A stretch of DNA of 64,000 bases. It comes from Myxococcota bacterium (GTDB lineage: Bacteria; Myxococcota_A; Polyangia; Nannocystales; Nannocystaceae). Below are positions 9,570-19,532 of this stretch, piece by piece. Numbering within the stretch: the stretch's first letter is position 1; each line of letters opens with the position of its first letter. Location: positions 1-64,000 of the forward strand of contig JBCCHT010000045.1 in NCBI GenBank assembly GCA_039028615.1, in the 5' to 3' direction. The translations under genes were made by a program, and so were the position numbers. The notes below the pieces were generated by a model that saw nothing but the letters and a program-made list of their open reading frames with translations, had not been told where the DNA came from and made no database searches.

Positions 9570-11690
9570 TCAGCGGCGGCCCAGCTGCTCGTAGATCCGC
9601 TTGGCGAGCGAGGGGCCGATGCCTTTGACCTCGGCGAGCTGCTCCGCGTTGGCGGCTCGAATGGCCGAAATTGAGCCGAAATGCTTCACCAGGGCGCGTT
9701 TGAGCGCGGGGCCGACTCCCTCGATGTCATCGAGGCTCGAGCGTAGCTGTCGCTTGGCGCGACGCTTGCGGTGGTGCGTGATGGCGAAGCGGTGCGCCTC
9801 GTCGCGGACCCGCTCCATCAGGTAGCGCTCGGAGCTTCCGGGGCGCAGGCGAATCGGGTCCTTGACGCCAGGCACGAATACTCGCTCCGGCTTGACCTGC
9901 ACGCCCTCGCCGGAGGCGGAGTCCGTCTCGGTGGCCACGATGTCCTCGTAGCTCCGGGTCTCGCCTTCTTCCTTGCGGCGGCGGTCGAGCTCGCGTTTGG
10001 CCGCGCGCCCCCGGCCCAGGGCTTCGCGGCGTTCCTTGGCCAGGGCGACCACGTCGACGCCCTCGGCGCCCACGCCGATGCCGAGGTCCTGCATGGCGGT
10101 GACGACCCGCGACAGCTGGCCCTTGCCGCCGTCGATCACGATGAGGTCGGGCAGGGCCCAGGACTCTTCGTCGGCCTGCAGCGCCCGGCGGAAGCGACGA
10201 CCGAGCACCTCGTACATGCTCGTGAAGTCGTCGTTTTGGAACGCGCCCTGGCTGAGCAGGGCCTCGTCGTCGCGGGCGCCCGTGCCCTTGATCCGAAACG
10301 AGCGGTAGCGGGCCTTGTCGGCCACGCCGTCGACGAACACCACCATTGAGGCCACGGTGTCGCTGCCCTGGATGTGGCTGACGTCGAAGCACTCGATGGT
10401 GCGGGGCAGCTTGCTCAGCCCCAGGCGCACCTGGAGTCGGCCGAGGGCGGCCTCGCTGTCCTCCCGCTTGTTGCGGCGGGTCACGAAGTTGGACGCCGCG
10501 TTGCGCTCGGCCAGCCGCGTCAGCTTGCGACGGTTGCCGCGCTCGGGCGTGGCCAGCACGACCTTCTTGCCCTTGCGCTCCCGCAGCCACGCCGCGAGCG
10601 GGACCTCGTCGTCCTCGGCGATGGGGGAGGGCAGCAGGATTTCGTCGGGCAGCAGCGGCGACTTGGCGTAGTAGCTCGAGACGAAGTCGGCCAGCACCTC
10701 GGAGTCGGGGTGCTCGAGGCCCTTGGCGGAGTACGCCTCGCTGCCCAGCAGCTTGCCCTGGCGGATGTGCATCACCGTGAACTCGACCTGGCCGCCCTGG
10801 CGATACATGCCGATGGCGTCCTGGTCGAGCGTGGCCGTGCCCACCACTTGCTGCGAGGTCAGCGTGGTCTCGATGGCCTTGAGCTGATCGCGGAGCCGGG
10901 CTGCGACCTCGAAGTGCATGCCATCGGCCGCCTCTTGCATGCGGGTGCGCAGGCCGTCGGTGAGCTCGCGGTGACGCCCGGACAGAAACAGCCCCACGTC
11001 TTGCACCTGCGCCGCGTAGGAGTCGGGGTCGACCTCGTACACGCAGGGCGCGGGGCAGCGGTCGATCTGGTACTGCAGGCACGGGCGGGTGCGCCGCTCG
11101 AGCACGAAATCGGTGCAGGTGCGCAGCTTGAAGTGCCGGTTCACCACCCGCAGCGTCGAGCGAGCGGAGCTGGCCGAGTGATAGGGCCCGAAGTGCTGCG
11201 CGCCGTCCTTCTTCATCGAGCGCACCAGCTCGAGCCGAGGCCAGCGCTGCTTGGGATCGAGGCGAACGACCAGGTAGTTCGAGTCGTCGCGGAGCTTGAC
11301 GTTGAAGCGGGGCCGATGCTCCTTGATCAGGTTGTTCTCGAGCAGCAGCGCTTCTTTGTTGTTCGCGGTGACGACCGTCTCGATGTCGCCGACGATCTTG
11401 GCGAGCAGCGGAACGAAGGCTCGCGTGTCGTGACCGTTGAAGTACTGCCGCACGCGGGCTCGCAGGCGGCGGGCCTTGCCCACGTAGATTACGTGCCCCT
11501 GCCGATCTCGCATGACGTAGACCCCGGGCTCGTCGGGCAGCCGAGTGAGCGCCTCGTCGAGGGCCGCGGTGTCGGTGATTCTTGGACTCCAGTCGGCAGG
11601 AACCGGCGGCTGCGCACTCGGGCGGCGCGTCGACGCGACCGAGGTCCCGTCGTTTTCTTTCGCCGCGTCGCGCCTGCGTCCCTTCGCCAT
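9570..11690 (-). CDS. uvrC: Excinuclease ABC subunit C
   Basis: GIY-YIG (PGVYVM...IYVGKA), UVR domain, ECFDVSH, IDGGKGQL, RDEAHRFAI, C-terminal HhH. Confidence 0.96.
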   Translation of the reverse strand: MAKGRRRDAAKENDGTSVASTRRPSAQPPVPADWSPRITDTAALDEALTRLPDEPGVYVMRDRQGHVIYVGKARRLRARVRQYFNGHDTRAFVPLLAKIVGDIETVVTANNKEALLLENNLIKEHRPRFNVKLRDDSNYLVVRLDPKQRWPRLELVRSMKKDGAQHFGPYHSASSARSTLRVVNRHFKLRTCTDFVLERRTRPCLQYQIDRCPAPCVYEVDPDSYAAQVQDVGLFLSGRHRELTDGLRTRMQEAADGMHFEVAARLRDQLKAIETTLTSQQVVGTATLDQDAIGMYRQGGQVEFTVMHIRQGKLLGSEAYSAKGLEHPDSEVLADFVSSYYAKSPLLPDEILLPSPIAEDDEVPLAAWLRERKGKKVVLATPERGNRRKLTRLAERNAASNFVTRRNKREDSEAALGRLQVRLGLSKLPRTIECFDVSHIQGSDTVASMVVFVDGVADKARYRSFRIKGTGARDDEALLSQGAFQNDDFTSMYEVLGRRFRRALQADEESWALPDLIVIDGGKGQLSRVVTAMQDLGIGVGAEGVDVVALAKERREALGRGRAAKRELDRRRKEEGETRSYEDIVATETDSASGEGVQVKPERVFVPGVKDPIRLRPGSSERYLMERVRDEAHRFAITHHRKRRAKRQLRSSLDDIEGVGPALKRALVKHFGSISAIRAANAEQLAEVKGIGPSLAKRIYEQLGRR

Positions 11691-11812
11691 TCGCTTCGTT
11701 TTCGCATATCGACGTCGGTTCGCCGATGCCTCACGCATGCATGCTGACAGCGGGGGGATATTTCAACGGTAATTTCAGCTAAATTAGCGGCGCGCACTCG
11801 CACCCCCACGCG

Positions 11813-12235
11813 ATGACCGAGTTCACTCCCATTTCATCCACCGTCGGCGGCATTCTCATCGGTCTGTCCTCCCTCTTGATGCTCGGCTTCAACGGCCGAA
11901 TCGCAGGCATCAGCGGCATCGTGGGGGGGATTTGGGGCGCATCGTCCTCCGAGCGAGCGTGGCGGGCCGCGTTCCTGTTCGGCTTGCTCGGCGGCGGCTT
12001 GTTGGTCTTCGCGGTGGCGCCTCGAGCGTTCGGCGATGGTTCGCCGACATCGTTGCCATGGCTGGTGGTCGCCGGATTGCTGGTGGGCTTCGGGACACGG
12101 ACCGGCAACGGCTGCACCAGCGGTCATGGCGTCTGTGGCATGTCGCGGCTGTCCCCGCGTTCCATCGCCGCCACCCTCGTATTCATGGCCGTCGCTGCGG
12201 CCACCGTGTTCGTCACCCGCCACCTCGTCGGCTGA
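11813..12235 (+). CDS. YeeE/YedE-family sulfur-compound transporter subunit
   Basis: GRIAGISGI and GNGCTSGHGVCG motifs; hydrophobic. Confidence 0.88.
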   Translation: MTEFTPISSTVGGILIGLSSLLMLGFNGRIAGISGIVGGIWGASSSERAWRAAFLFGLLGGGLLVFAVAPRAFGDGSPTSLPWLVVAGLLVGFGTRTGNGCTSGHGVCGMSRLSPRSIAATLVFMAVAAATVFVTRHLVG

Positions 12236-12245
12236 GGGCCTCGCC

Positions 12246-12665
12246 ATGAATCGCACCATCGTCTCGTTGTTCAGCGGCCTGCTCTTCGCCATCGGTCTCG
12301 CCTTGGCCGGCATGACCGACCCGCTCAAGGTCATCTCGTTCCTCGATTTCACTGGGGCATGGGACCCCTCGCTCGCGTTCGTGATGGGCGGCGCGATCCT
12401 GGTCTACGCGCCGGTCTATCGCCTCATCACCCGGGCCTCGGAGCCCCGCTTCGACTCCACCTTTCACCTGCCTACGCGCAAGGACATCGACCTGCGCCTG
12501 GTGGCCGGGGCCGCGATGTTCGGCCTGGGCTGGGGCCTCAGCGGCTTCTGCCCCGGCCCGGCGCTGGTCAGCGTGATGAGCTTCGGCACCGATGCCCTGG
12601 TGTTCGGCGCGTCGATGGCGGTGGGGATGGTGGCGTTCGGCATCTGGCAGCAGCGCCGCGCCTGA
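12246..12665 (+). CDS. YeeE/YedE-family partner subunit
   Basis: GMTDPLKVISFLD, WDPSLAFVMGGA, FGLGWGLSGFCPGP. Confidence 0.88.
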   Translation: MNRTIVSLFSGLLFAIGLALAGMTDPLKVISFLDFTGAWDPSLAFVMGGAILVYAPVYRLITRASEPRFDSTFHLPTRKDIDLRLVAGAAMFGLGWGLSGFCPGPALVSVMSFGTDALVFGASMAVGMVAFGIWQQRRA

Positions 12666-12687
12666 GCGCGAGCCGAGGGCCTTCGAA

Positions 12688-13893
12688 TCAGCTCGGGGCC
12701 GGGCCGAGCACGGTCTCGTTGCCCAGCTCGGGATGGCGCGGCACCAGCTGGCTCAACGCCAGCGACACCACGGCCAGGCCGGCACCGACGTAGAACACGG
12801 CGGAGGGGTGGACGAGCCACAGGTAGCCGAGCGCGACGGGGAGCAGCACGGCGGCGATGTGATTGATGGTGAACGATACCGCCGCGGTGGGGGCGACGTC
12901 GGCGGGGGAGGAAATCTTCTGGAAGTAGGTCTTGATGGCAATGGCCAGCGCGAAGAACAGGTGGTCGACGACGTAGAGCCCGGCGGCGAGTCGGCTGTCT
13001 TCGACGACGCTGTAGCACAGGAACACGAGCACGAGGCCGGCGTACTCGAAGGTCAGCGAGGTGCGCTCGCCGAAGCGGGCGATGACCTTGCCGATGGCCG
13101 GGGCCAGCCAGATGTTGGCGGCGTAGTTGACCAGAAACAGCAGGGTGATGTCGGCGACCGAGTAGCCGAACTTCTCGACCATCATGAAGCCGGCGAAGAC
13201 GGTGAAGATCTGCCGTCGGGCGCCCGCGAGGAAGGTCAGCGAGTAGTACAGCCAGTAGCGGCGGCGCAGCACGAGGCGTTTGTGCTGCGCGACCTTCTGG
13301 GGAAAGGTGGGAAAGACCAGCGCCGCGACCACGACCAGGACCACCGTGGTGCCGCCGCTGACCAGGTACACGAGCGAGAAGCTCGTCTCCAACAGCTCGA
13401 AGGCGACCCAGATGAGGGCGTAGGCGACGAGCGAGGCCCCGCTGGCGGCGGCGATGACCCGCCCGAGCACGATGGGGGCGCGGTCCTTGGCGAGCCACTG
13501 CAGGGCGAGGCTCTGCTGCATGGTCTCGCCGTAGTGGAAGCCCACCGACATCAACACGGTGGTGCAGTACAGGCCCACGACGGTGGGGAACCACCCGGCG
13601 ATGGCGGTGCCGATGCCCAGCAGCGCCACGGACACGAGCGCGAGCCGTTGTTCTCGCACCACTCGCAGCAGGAAGATCGCGGTGAAGGCCAGAAACCCGG
13701 GGACCTCCCGCAGGCTCTGCAGGGTGCCGATCTCCGCGCCCGTGAAGTCGGCATGCTCGATGGCGAAGTTGTTGAGCAGCGCTCGCCAGCTCGAGAACGA
13801 CAGGGCAGCCACCGCGCCCAGCAGGATCAACAAGCTGGCGGGGTTGTCACGCCAAGAGCGAGGGGCCGCGGCGCTGTCGGACGGCGAAGTCAC
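12688..13893 (-). CDS. MFS transporter
   Basis: About 12 hydrophobic segments; LQSLREVPGFLAF, GARRQIF, SFTINHIAAV. Confidence 0.85.
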   Translation of the reverse strand: MTSPSDSAAAPRSWRDNPASLLILLGAVAALSFSSWRALLNNFAIEHADFTGAEIGTLQSLREVPGFLAFTAIFLLRVVREQRLALVSVALLGIGTAIAGWFPTVVGLYCTTVLMSVGFHYGETMQQSLALQWLAKDRAPIVLGRVIAAASGASLVAYALIWVAFELLETSFSLVYLVSGGTTVVLVVVAALVFPTFPQKVAQHKRLVLRRRYWLYYSLTFLAGARRQIFTVFAGFMMVEKFGYSVADITLLFLVNYAANIWLAPAIGKVIARFGERTSLTFEYAGLVLVFLCYSVVEDSRLAAGLYVVDHLFFALAIAIKTYFQKISSPADVAPTAAVSFTINHIAAVLLPVALGYLWLVHPSAVFYVGAGLAVVSLALSQLVPRHPELGNETVLGPAPS

Positions 13894-13955
13894 GATGCCG
13901 GGACCTTAGCAGCGGGGGACGAACGCCGCTGGGCGGTGTCTGCGATCCCCGGCGA

Positions 13956-15905
13956 TCAACCGTCTTGAAGCGCGGTGAAGCTCGGCTTCGATCCTTCCCA
14001 CGTCACCAGCATTGGCTCGCCGGACTCGTCCTCGTCCTCGTCCTCGTCGTACTCGGTGTCATAGACGAACTCCATGACGCCGTCGCCGTCGATGTCGACC
14101 AGCCCGCTGAGCGACTGAGTCGGCGCTCGCAGCGGCTCGATCTCGGCCGTGATCGTGCCCGCCGCGTCGCCCAGCAGCAGGGCGTGCTGAGCCTGCTTGG
14201 GCAGGTGGATCTCGATGATGGCGGCATGGGGCGCGGGCAGCTTGGCGGGGAAAACCCTGAGGTTGGAGGCCTTCAGCGTGACCTCGAGCTCGCGGTCGAC
14301 GAACGCCTGAGCGGCGGGGAGATACGTGGCGACGGCGGCCTTGGAGGGCTTTGGGGTCTGCAGGGCGCTGGGCTTGGGCCCGCCCGGGAACACGACGAGC
14401 GCGGAGCCTCGATCGAGCTCGGGCGCCTCGAGCATCAGGTCGAGCTGGAGGCCATCGTCGTCGCTGCTCCAGATCCAAAAGCCGGTGGAGCGAGCCTCGA
14501 ACACCCCTTCGTCTGCCGCGACCCAGAACGTGGCGGGGTCGGAGAAGCGCGGCGGGAGGTTGGGAGTGTCCAGCGCGATGCGACCGCTGTGCTGCCGTAT
14601 GGCGCGTGCGAGGGCGGTGTATTCGTCGTCGCTGAAGTCGTTGATGGACACGTGCATGACGCCCTTGGAGGCGAAGGTCCAGCCGTAGACCTGGCGTTCA
14701 TCGAGCGGCGGGGCCTCGATCGGCTTCACGCCGAGCACGCTGGGGTAGGTGGCGCCATCACATCCGCAGGTCTCGAGAGAACGGAGCGCGCCTTTGTCCG
14801 CCCGCGACAGCCACAGCACGCGGGAGCCCACCGCGACGGTCGGACCGGTGCTGCCGTCGGTCGTCAGCCGGCGCCCGGCGAGGGACCGGGGATCGAAGCG
14901 CGTCCAGCCCTCGTCCTCGCCCCAGAGGATGGACGACCCACTGACCGAAAACTCCATGGACTCGATGAAGTTGGCGACGACCTTCCTGGCTCCGCCGGCA
15001 TGCGGCATACGCCACAGCTCGTCGTCCTCGAGCCAATACACGTGGTCGCCGAGCAGCTCGACATGCAACGCCGAGAAGTCCTCGACGATGGTCTTCACGG
15101 TCTTGGTGCGCAGCTCGAAGCGGTGGAGCGATCGCGGCTGGTCCCAGACCACGAAGCGGTCATCGGCCGCGAGCTGGTTGGGGCTCACGTTGAGCCGATG
15201 GAGTCGCTCGGCAGGCCCACCCAACAGCGGTGCGCGGGAGAGCCACTCGTTGGCCCAGTCTTCGCGCTGGATGAAGTACAGCTGGTCATCGCTGATCGCG
15301 AGCTCGCACTTGGCGGTGACGGCCATCTCGGTCGGGGGATCGCCCGCCTTGGGAATGCGAAGGATGAGCTTGTTCAGGCCGCGAGCCTCGCGGCACGCAT
15401 AGATCGCGTCCTTGCTCTGCACGGCCGCGGCATCGATCTCCTCGGCGAGCACGCGGGGAGCCCCGCCCTCGAGCGGCACCGACCACAGCTGATCCTGGGA
15501 CACGTAGTAGGCATGGGTCTCGTCGGCGAGCAGGCTATGCGGATACTTCGCGACGGCGAGCGTCTTCGGCTCGCACGGGGTGTCGCAGGTCGGGGGCGGA
15601 GCGGCCGGGGGCTTCACCGGGGTCGAAGCGGCTGGCTCCGAGGGCTCGGCCGTCTCGGGAGCATCCGATGCGACCTCGGTGGGAGTGACCTCCGCGGGCG
15701 CTGCCTCCTTGCTCGGCGTGGCCTCGGCCGAGGCGGTCGGTATCGCGGGCTCGGCCGCCTCGATCTCGGGGGCGACGGGCGCTTTGGCGCTCGACTTTGG
15801 GCTGGGCGTCGCCGCGGGCCCGGATGCCGACTCTCCACCCGGACAGCCGAGTAGCAGCAGCGCCAGCAGTCCCGCGGATTTTCGTGTGCTCGCACCGCTC
15901 CCCAT
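13956..15905 (-). CDS. Hypothetical lipoprotein: Pro/Ala-rich linker, beta-propeller-like repeats, C-terminal DxDGDG motif
   Basis: Lipobox LLLLGC; repeated 'D.thvYW'-like blades; DIDGDGVMEF. Confidence 0.65.
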   Translation of the reverse strand: MGSGASTRKSAGLLALLLLGCPGGESASGPAATPSPKSSAKAPVAPEIEAAEPAIPTASAEATPSKEAAPAEVTPTEVASDAPETAEPSEPAASTPVKPPAAPPPTCDTPCEPKTLAVAKYPHSLLADETHAYYVSQDQLWSVPLEGGAPRVLAEEIDAAAVQSKDAIYACREARGLNKLILRIPKAGDPPTEMAVTAKCELAISDDQLYFIQREDWANEWLSRAPLLGGPAERLHRLNVSPNQLAADDRFVVWDQPRSLHRFELRTKTVKTIVEDFSALHVELLGDHVYWLEDDELWRMPHAGGARKVVANFIESMEFSVSGSSILWGEDEGWTRFDPRSLAGRRLTTDGSTGPTVAVGSRVLWLSRADKGALRSLETCGCDGATYPSVLGVKPIEAPPLDERQVYGWTFASKGVMHVSINDFSDDEYTALARAIRQHSGRIALDTPNLPPRFSDPATFWVAADEGVFEARSTGFWIWSSDDDGLQLDLMLEAPELDRGSALVVFPGGPKPSALQTPKPSKAAVATYLPAAQAFVDRELEVTLKASNLRVFPAKLPAPHAAIIEIHLPKQAQHALLLGDAAGTITAEIEPLRAPTQSLSGLVDIDGDGVMEFVYDTEYDEDEDEDESGEPMLVTWEGSKPSFTALQDG

Positions 15906-15930
15906 GACCGACTACGAATATCATGTCCGT

Positions 15931-18075
15931 ATGCCTGCGCCCTCGATCTCGCGGTGGACTCTCGCGCTCGTATTCGCGGCGGGATGTCGTCCGGGGACCC
16001 GAATCGACCTCCCCGAGTCCGAGCCCGAACCCACGGCGGCCTCGTCCGACGAGACGGGGGCCGATTCGGTCACGCCCTCCGACGAGCTGCCGGCCGAGCC
16101 CACGCATCCGCTGGAGATGGTGCCCGCGCGGGGCAAGGGCCTGATCATGGCCAAGAGCCTCCAGCGCGTCGCCGAGATCTGGGAGCGCGAGCGACTGGTC
16201 GGGCTTCATCCCGAGTTCTACGCGACGATGGCCGAGCCCTTCGTCTCCGAGTTCGGGCACGACCTGCTGGACCCGGCCGAGACGACGAAGATCGGCGTGG
16301 ATCCTACGGCCCCGGTGGGCATGGCGTTGCTCGACCCGCACGACTCGGCCTTCATGGTGTTCGGAGGTCTCACCGACTCCGCCCTATTCATGGCGGCGTT
16401 CGAGCGCGTGACCGAGGAGCCGCTGGTGGTGAACGACGTGGGGACGGCCAAGGTCATCCCGCTCAGCCAGGGCTTCGAGAAGATCTCGCTGGTCCTTCGC
16501 GGCGACATGTTTGCGCTGGTGTTCTTCGCCGACGGTGACTTCGACGGGGTTCACCCCTTCGATTATGCGCGCGAGGTGGCGACCGTCAGCCCGAGCGGAT
16601 CGCTGGCGCATGCGCACTCCATGAAACGAGCCCATGCCGTCTTGTCCGATGACGCCGACTTCGTGGGGCTGCTCGATCCGGCCGGGCTCTTCTTCGGGGA
16701 GATCGAGTGGAGTCGTCGGCGGAGCCGAGAGGCACTATCCCAGGCCGAGGTCCAGCTGGCCGAGGCACGGAGGCGCGGTGCCTCGTCCGACGAACTCCGC
16801 GGCCTGCAAGAGGTGGTCAACGTCACCCGGGCCGACCTCATGGAACAGGAGCGCGAGTTTCAGATCATCAACCTGTTGCTCTCGCGCACGGTGGGCTCGA
16901 TCGAGGGCGTGGGGATGTCCGTGCAGTCGGGCGAGGAGGGGCTCTTGGGAGGGATTCACATCGCGCTCACTCCCGACTCGGTCTTACGCGACCTGCTGAT
17001 CTCGGACGAACGACCGCCCCGTGCGTTGCTGGCCGCCGACCTGCAGCCGTTATTCGCGGTCGCCGGCCGGCTCGACGTGGGCCTGGCGATCGAGTTGTTC
17101 GCTCAGCTGGCCTTGGCCACCGGGTCGTCGTATGCCGAGCTCAACGCGGAGATCGAGCGCGACATCGAACTCGACTTCGACCGTCAGCTACGGCCGCTGC
17201 TCGATGGGCGCGCCGCGCTGGTGGTGGTCGACGGCGAGCCGGTCGCGAGCGACGACGCCAACGACTTCGACGACTGGTTTTCGGGGGCGATCACGCTGGG
17301 GGTCCACGACGAGGCCAAGGCGCGGGCGCTGCTGAGGTCACTGTCGCCCGCGCTGATGTCGGTCGGCTGGCAGAAGACGATCGGTTTCGATGGCTACAAT
17401 CGAACAATGCGCTCCGCCCCCGAGCAGCTGTGGCTGGCGGTGGTCGGAGACCAGATCGTGCTCTCGACCGACCTGCCGACGCTGCAGCGCATCGCGGAGG
17501 GCAAGCCGGGGACGGCGTCGACCACGATGCCGAGCCCGGCCGCCTGGGCCCGGCTGGCCGAGGGCGCCACGGCGGCCCGTGCCGCGGTGGCCCACGGCGC
17601 GCTCGCGATGACCTTCTTCGGGTTCGCGTGGGACACACGCGAGACCGCTGCCGTCGCCGACCAAGACGACTTCGCGTTCGAGGGCATCCCGCCGGGGATC
17701 AGGGTGCAGCAGGCATCCCAGGACGTCCACATCCTGGGCCAAAAGATCTTCCGGCTCGAGCAGCGGCAATCCTCGGAGCGCGCGCGCGAAGGCTGGAGGC
17801 GGATGACGGCGCTGGGCATGACCATCGGTGCGGCCCGGATGACGGAGACCGGGATCCTCATCGAGGGCGGCCACTACATTCGCGGCGGCATGGGCAAGTA
17901 CATCGAGACCTTCATGGGGCTCGGGAACCTCGACGAGGCGCCCACGAGCGTGGATGACCGCCTCGAGGAGCTCCGCAACGACCAACGGAAGGCGCGCGAA
18001 CGATTCAACCGCTTGCGCCAAAAGGAGATCGACAAAGCGCGACGCAGTCGACCGAGGCGACGCGCTCGTCAGTGA
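15931..18075 (+). CDS. Hypothetical lipoprotein
   Basis: Lipobox VFAAGC; long open frame with GC3 bias; basic coiled-coil-like C-terminus. Confidence 0.65.
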   Translation: MPAPSISRWTLALVFAAGCRPGTRIDLPESEPEPTAASSDETGADSVTPSDELPAEPTHPLEMVPARGKGLIMAKSLQRVAEIWERERLVGLHPEFYATMAEPFVSEFGHDLLDPAETTKIGVDPTAPVGMALLDPHDSAFMVFGGLTDSALFMAAFERVTEEPLVVNDVGTAKVIPLSQGFEKISLVLRGDMFALVFFADGDFDGVHPFDYAREVATVSPSGSLAHAHSMKRAHAVLSDDADFVGLLDPAGLFFGEIEWSRRRSREALSQAEVQLAEARRRGASSDELRGLQEVVNVTRADLMEQEREFQIINLLLSRTVGSIEGVGMSVQSGEEGLLGGIHIALTPDSVLRDLLISDERPPRALLAADLQPLFAVAGRLDVGLAIELFAQLALATGSSYAELNAEIERDIELDFDRQLRPLLDGRAALVVVDGEPVASDDANDFDDWFSGAITLGVHDEAKARALLRSLSPALMSVGWQKTIGFDGYNRTMRSAPEQLWLAVVGDQIVLSTDLPTLQRIAEGKPGTASTTMPSPAAWARLAEGATAARAAVAHGALAMTFFGFAWDTRETAAVADQDDFAFEGIPPGIRVQQASQDVHILGQKIFRLEQRQSSERAREGWRRMTALGMTIGAARMTETGILIEGGHYIRGGMGKYIETFMGLGNLDEAPTSVDDRLEELRNDQRKARERFNRLRQKEIDKARRSRPRRRARQ

Positions 18076-18099
18076 TGGCGGACGGGGCCGATTCGCGCG

Positions 18100-19410
18100 T
18101 TACTGCGTGGCCTGGTCGCCGCCGCGATTGCGATTTCGGCTGCGGTTGCGGTTGCGTCGGCGTCGGGACCGACTCTTCGAGCCGCCTTCGGTCTCTGGCT
18201 TCGCGTTGGCCGTTTCGTCGGTCGTGGGCCGCGGGTTGCTCGAGCCGGGCTTGGCCCCTACCGTCGGCTTCGAGCCCGAGTCTCGGCGGTCACGGGCCCC
18301 GGTCGCGGGTTTGGGGCCCGAGCCGGAGGAGCGTCGCACGATGATCTCCGGGCCTTTTCCTCGACCGGAACTGGACCCCGAGCGCCGCGAGCGGGAGCGC
18401 TTGGACGGCGCGGGCTCGTTGCCCTGACCGCGGGGGCGCTCACGGTCGGGCGAGGTGCCCTCCCGGTTCGGCCCTCGGGAACGACCGCGCTTGGGCGAGG
18501 GGCCCTCGTTGCTCGAGCCGCGGGAACGACCGCGTTTGGGAGCACCCGACCGCGGTGCGTTGGCGTCGTTCCCCGAGCCCGTGCCCGCGCGTCGTCGTCG
18601 CTCGTCGCGCTCCGCATCGCCGATGAGGTCGAGCACATCCTTGGTGTTCGCCTTGCGTCGACGATCGCGAAAGCGACCGCTCAGTTGCGTCTGTGGCGTC
18701 AGCTCGCTGCGCTCGAACAGCTCCCACATCTCTTGGGCGTAGGGGGCACGCGGGTGACGGGTGACCTGGCTGAGGAAGCGATGCAGGTTGTCGACGTCTC
18801 GGATCAGCAAGCGCCGCGCGCCCGAGTTGGTGGTGGGATCGACCGCCTGGGGAAAATCGATGATCACGGGCCCGTCGGCGCCCATGAGGATGTTGAATTC
18901 CGAGAGGTCGCCGTGCACCACGCCTGCACACAGCATGCGCACGACCTCCTGGATCACATGGTCGTAGACCTGTCGCGCCTGCTCGGGCGTGAACACCAGG
19001 TCTCCCAGCCTCGGTGCGGGCAGGCCTTGCTCGTCGACGACCAGCTCCATGAGCAGGACCCCCTCCATGAAGTTGTGGGGGACGGGCACGCGGACGCCGG
19101 CCGCCTGCAAGCGGTAGATGACGTCGACCTCGGCCGAGCGCCAGGCCGCTTCGTCTCGGGCCCGACCGTGCCGGGTGCCCTTGGCGATCGCCCGTCGGTC
19201 GCGGCTGTTTCGGACCTTGCGGCCGTCGGTGTAGTCGTCGCGACGCTTGAAGCTGCGCTGGCTGGCGTCCTTGTAGACCTTGGCGACGCGCTGCTCTCCG
19301 CCCGACTCCACCAGATAGAGCTGCGCCTCCTTGCCGCTCATCAACGGGCGCACCACCGACTCGATGATGCCCATGTCGAGCAAGGGAAGCAGAGAGGGCG
19401 GAACACGCAT
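18100..19410 (-). CDS. RIO1-like protein kinase with basic low-complexity C-terminal tail
   Basis: LMSGKEA, AKVYK, VHGDLSEFNIL, IIDFPQAV. Confidence 0.9.
   Translation of the reverse strand: MRVPPSLLPLLDMGIIESVVRPLMSGKEAQLYLVESGGEQRVAKVYKDASQRSFKRRDDYTDGRKVRNSRDRRAIAKGTRHGRARDEAAWRSAEVDVIYRLQAAGVRVPVPHNFMEGVLLMELVVDEQGLPAPRLGDLVFTPEQARQVYDHVIQEVVRMLCAGVVHGDLSEFNILMGADGPVIIDFPQAVDPTTNSGARRLLIRDVDNLHRFLSQVTRHPRAPYAQEMWELFERSELTPQTQLSGRFRDRRRKANTKDVLDLIGDAERDERRRRAGTGSGNDANAPRSGAPKRGRSRGSSNEGPSPKRGRSRGPNREGTSPDRERPRGQGNEPAPSKRSRSRRSGSSSGRGKGPEIIVRRSSGSGPKPATGARDRRDSGSKPTVGAKPGSSNPRPTTDETANAKPETEGGSKSRSRRRRNRNRSRNRNRGGDQATQ
18385..18545 (-). repeat. Degenerate 45-nt (15-aa) tandem repeat in the RIO1 kinase tail
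   Basis: CGGGAACGACCGCG(C/T)TTGGG at 18476 and 18521; protein PKRGRSRG/PKRGRSRG/PDRERPRG/SKRSRSRR. Confidence 0.6.
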
Positions 19411-19532
19411 GGCGGTTACAAAACCTCGTATCACGGAACTAGGCGCAGGTGCGGTGCCGATGGGCGGGAAAAACCGTAGTGAGGGCCTCCGTACTGGCAA
19501 TTCCGCTCTTCGTGGGCTGTGATGGGGTGCCG

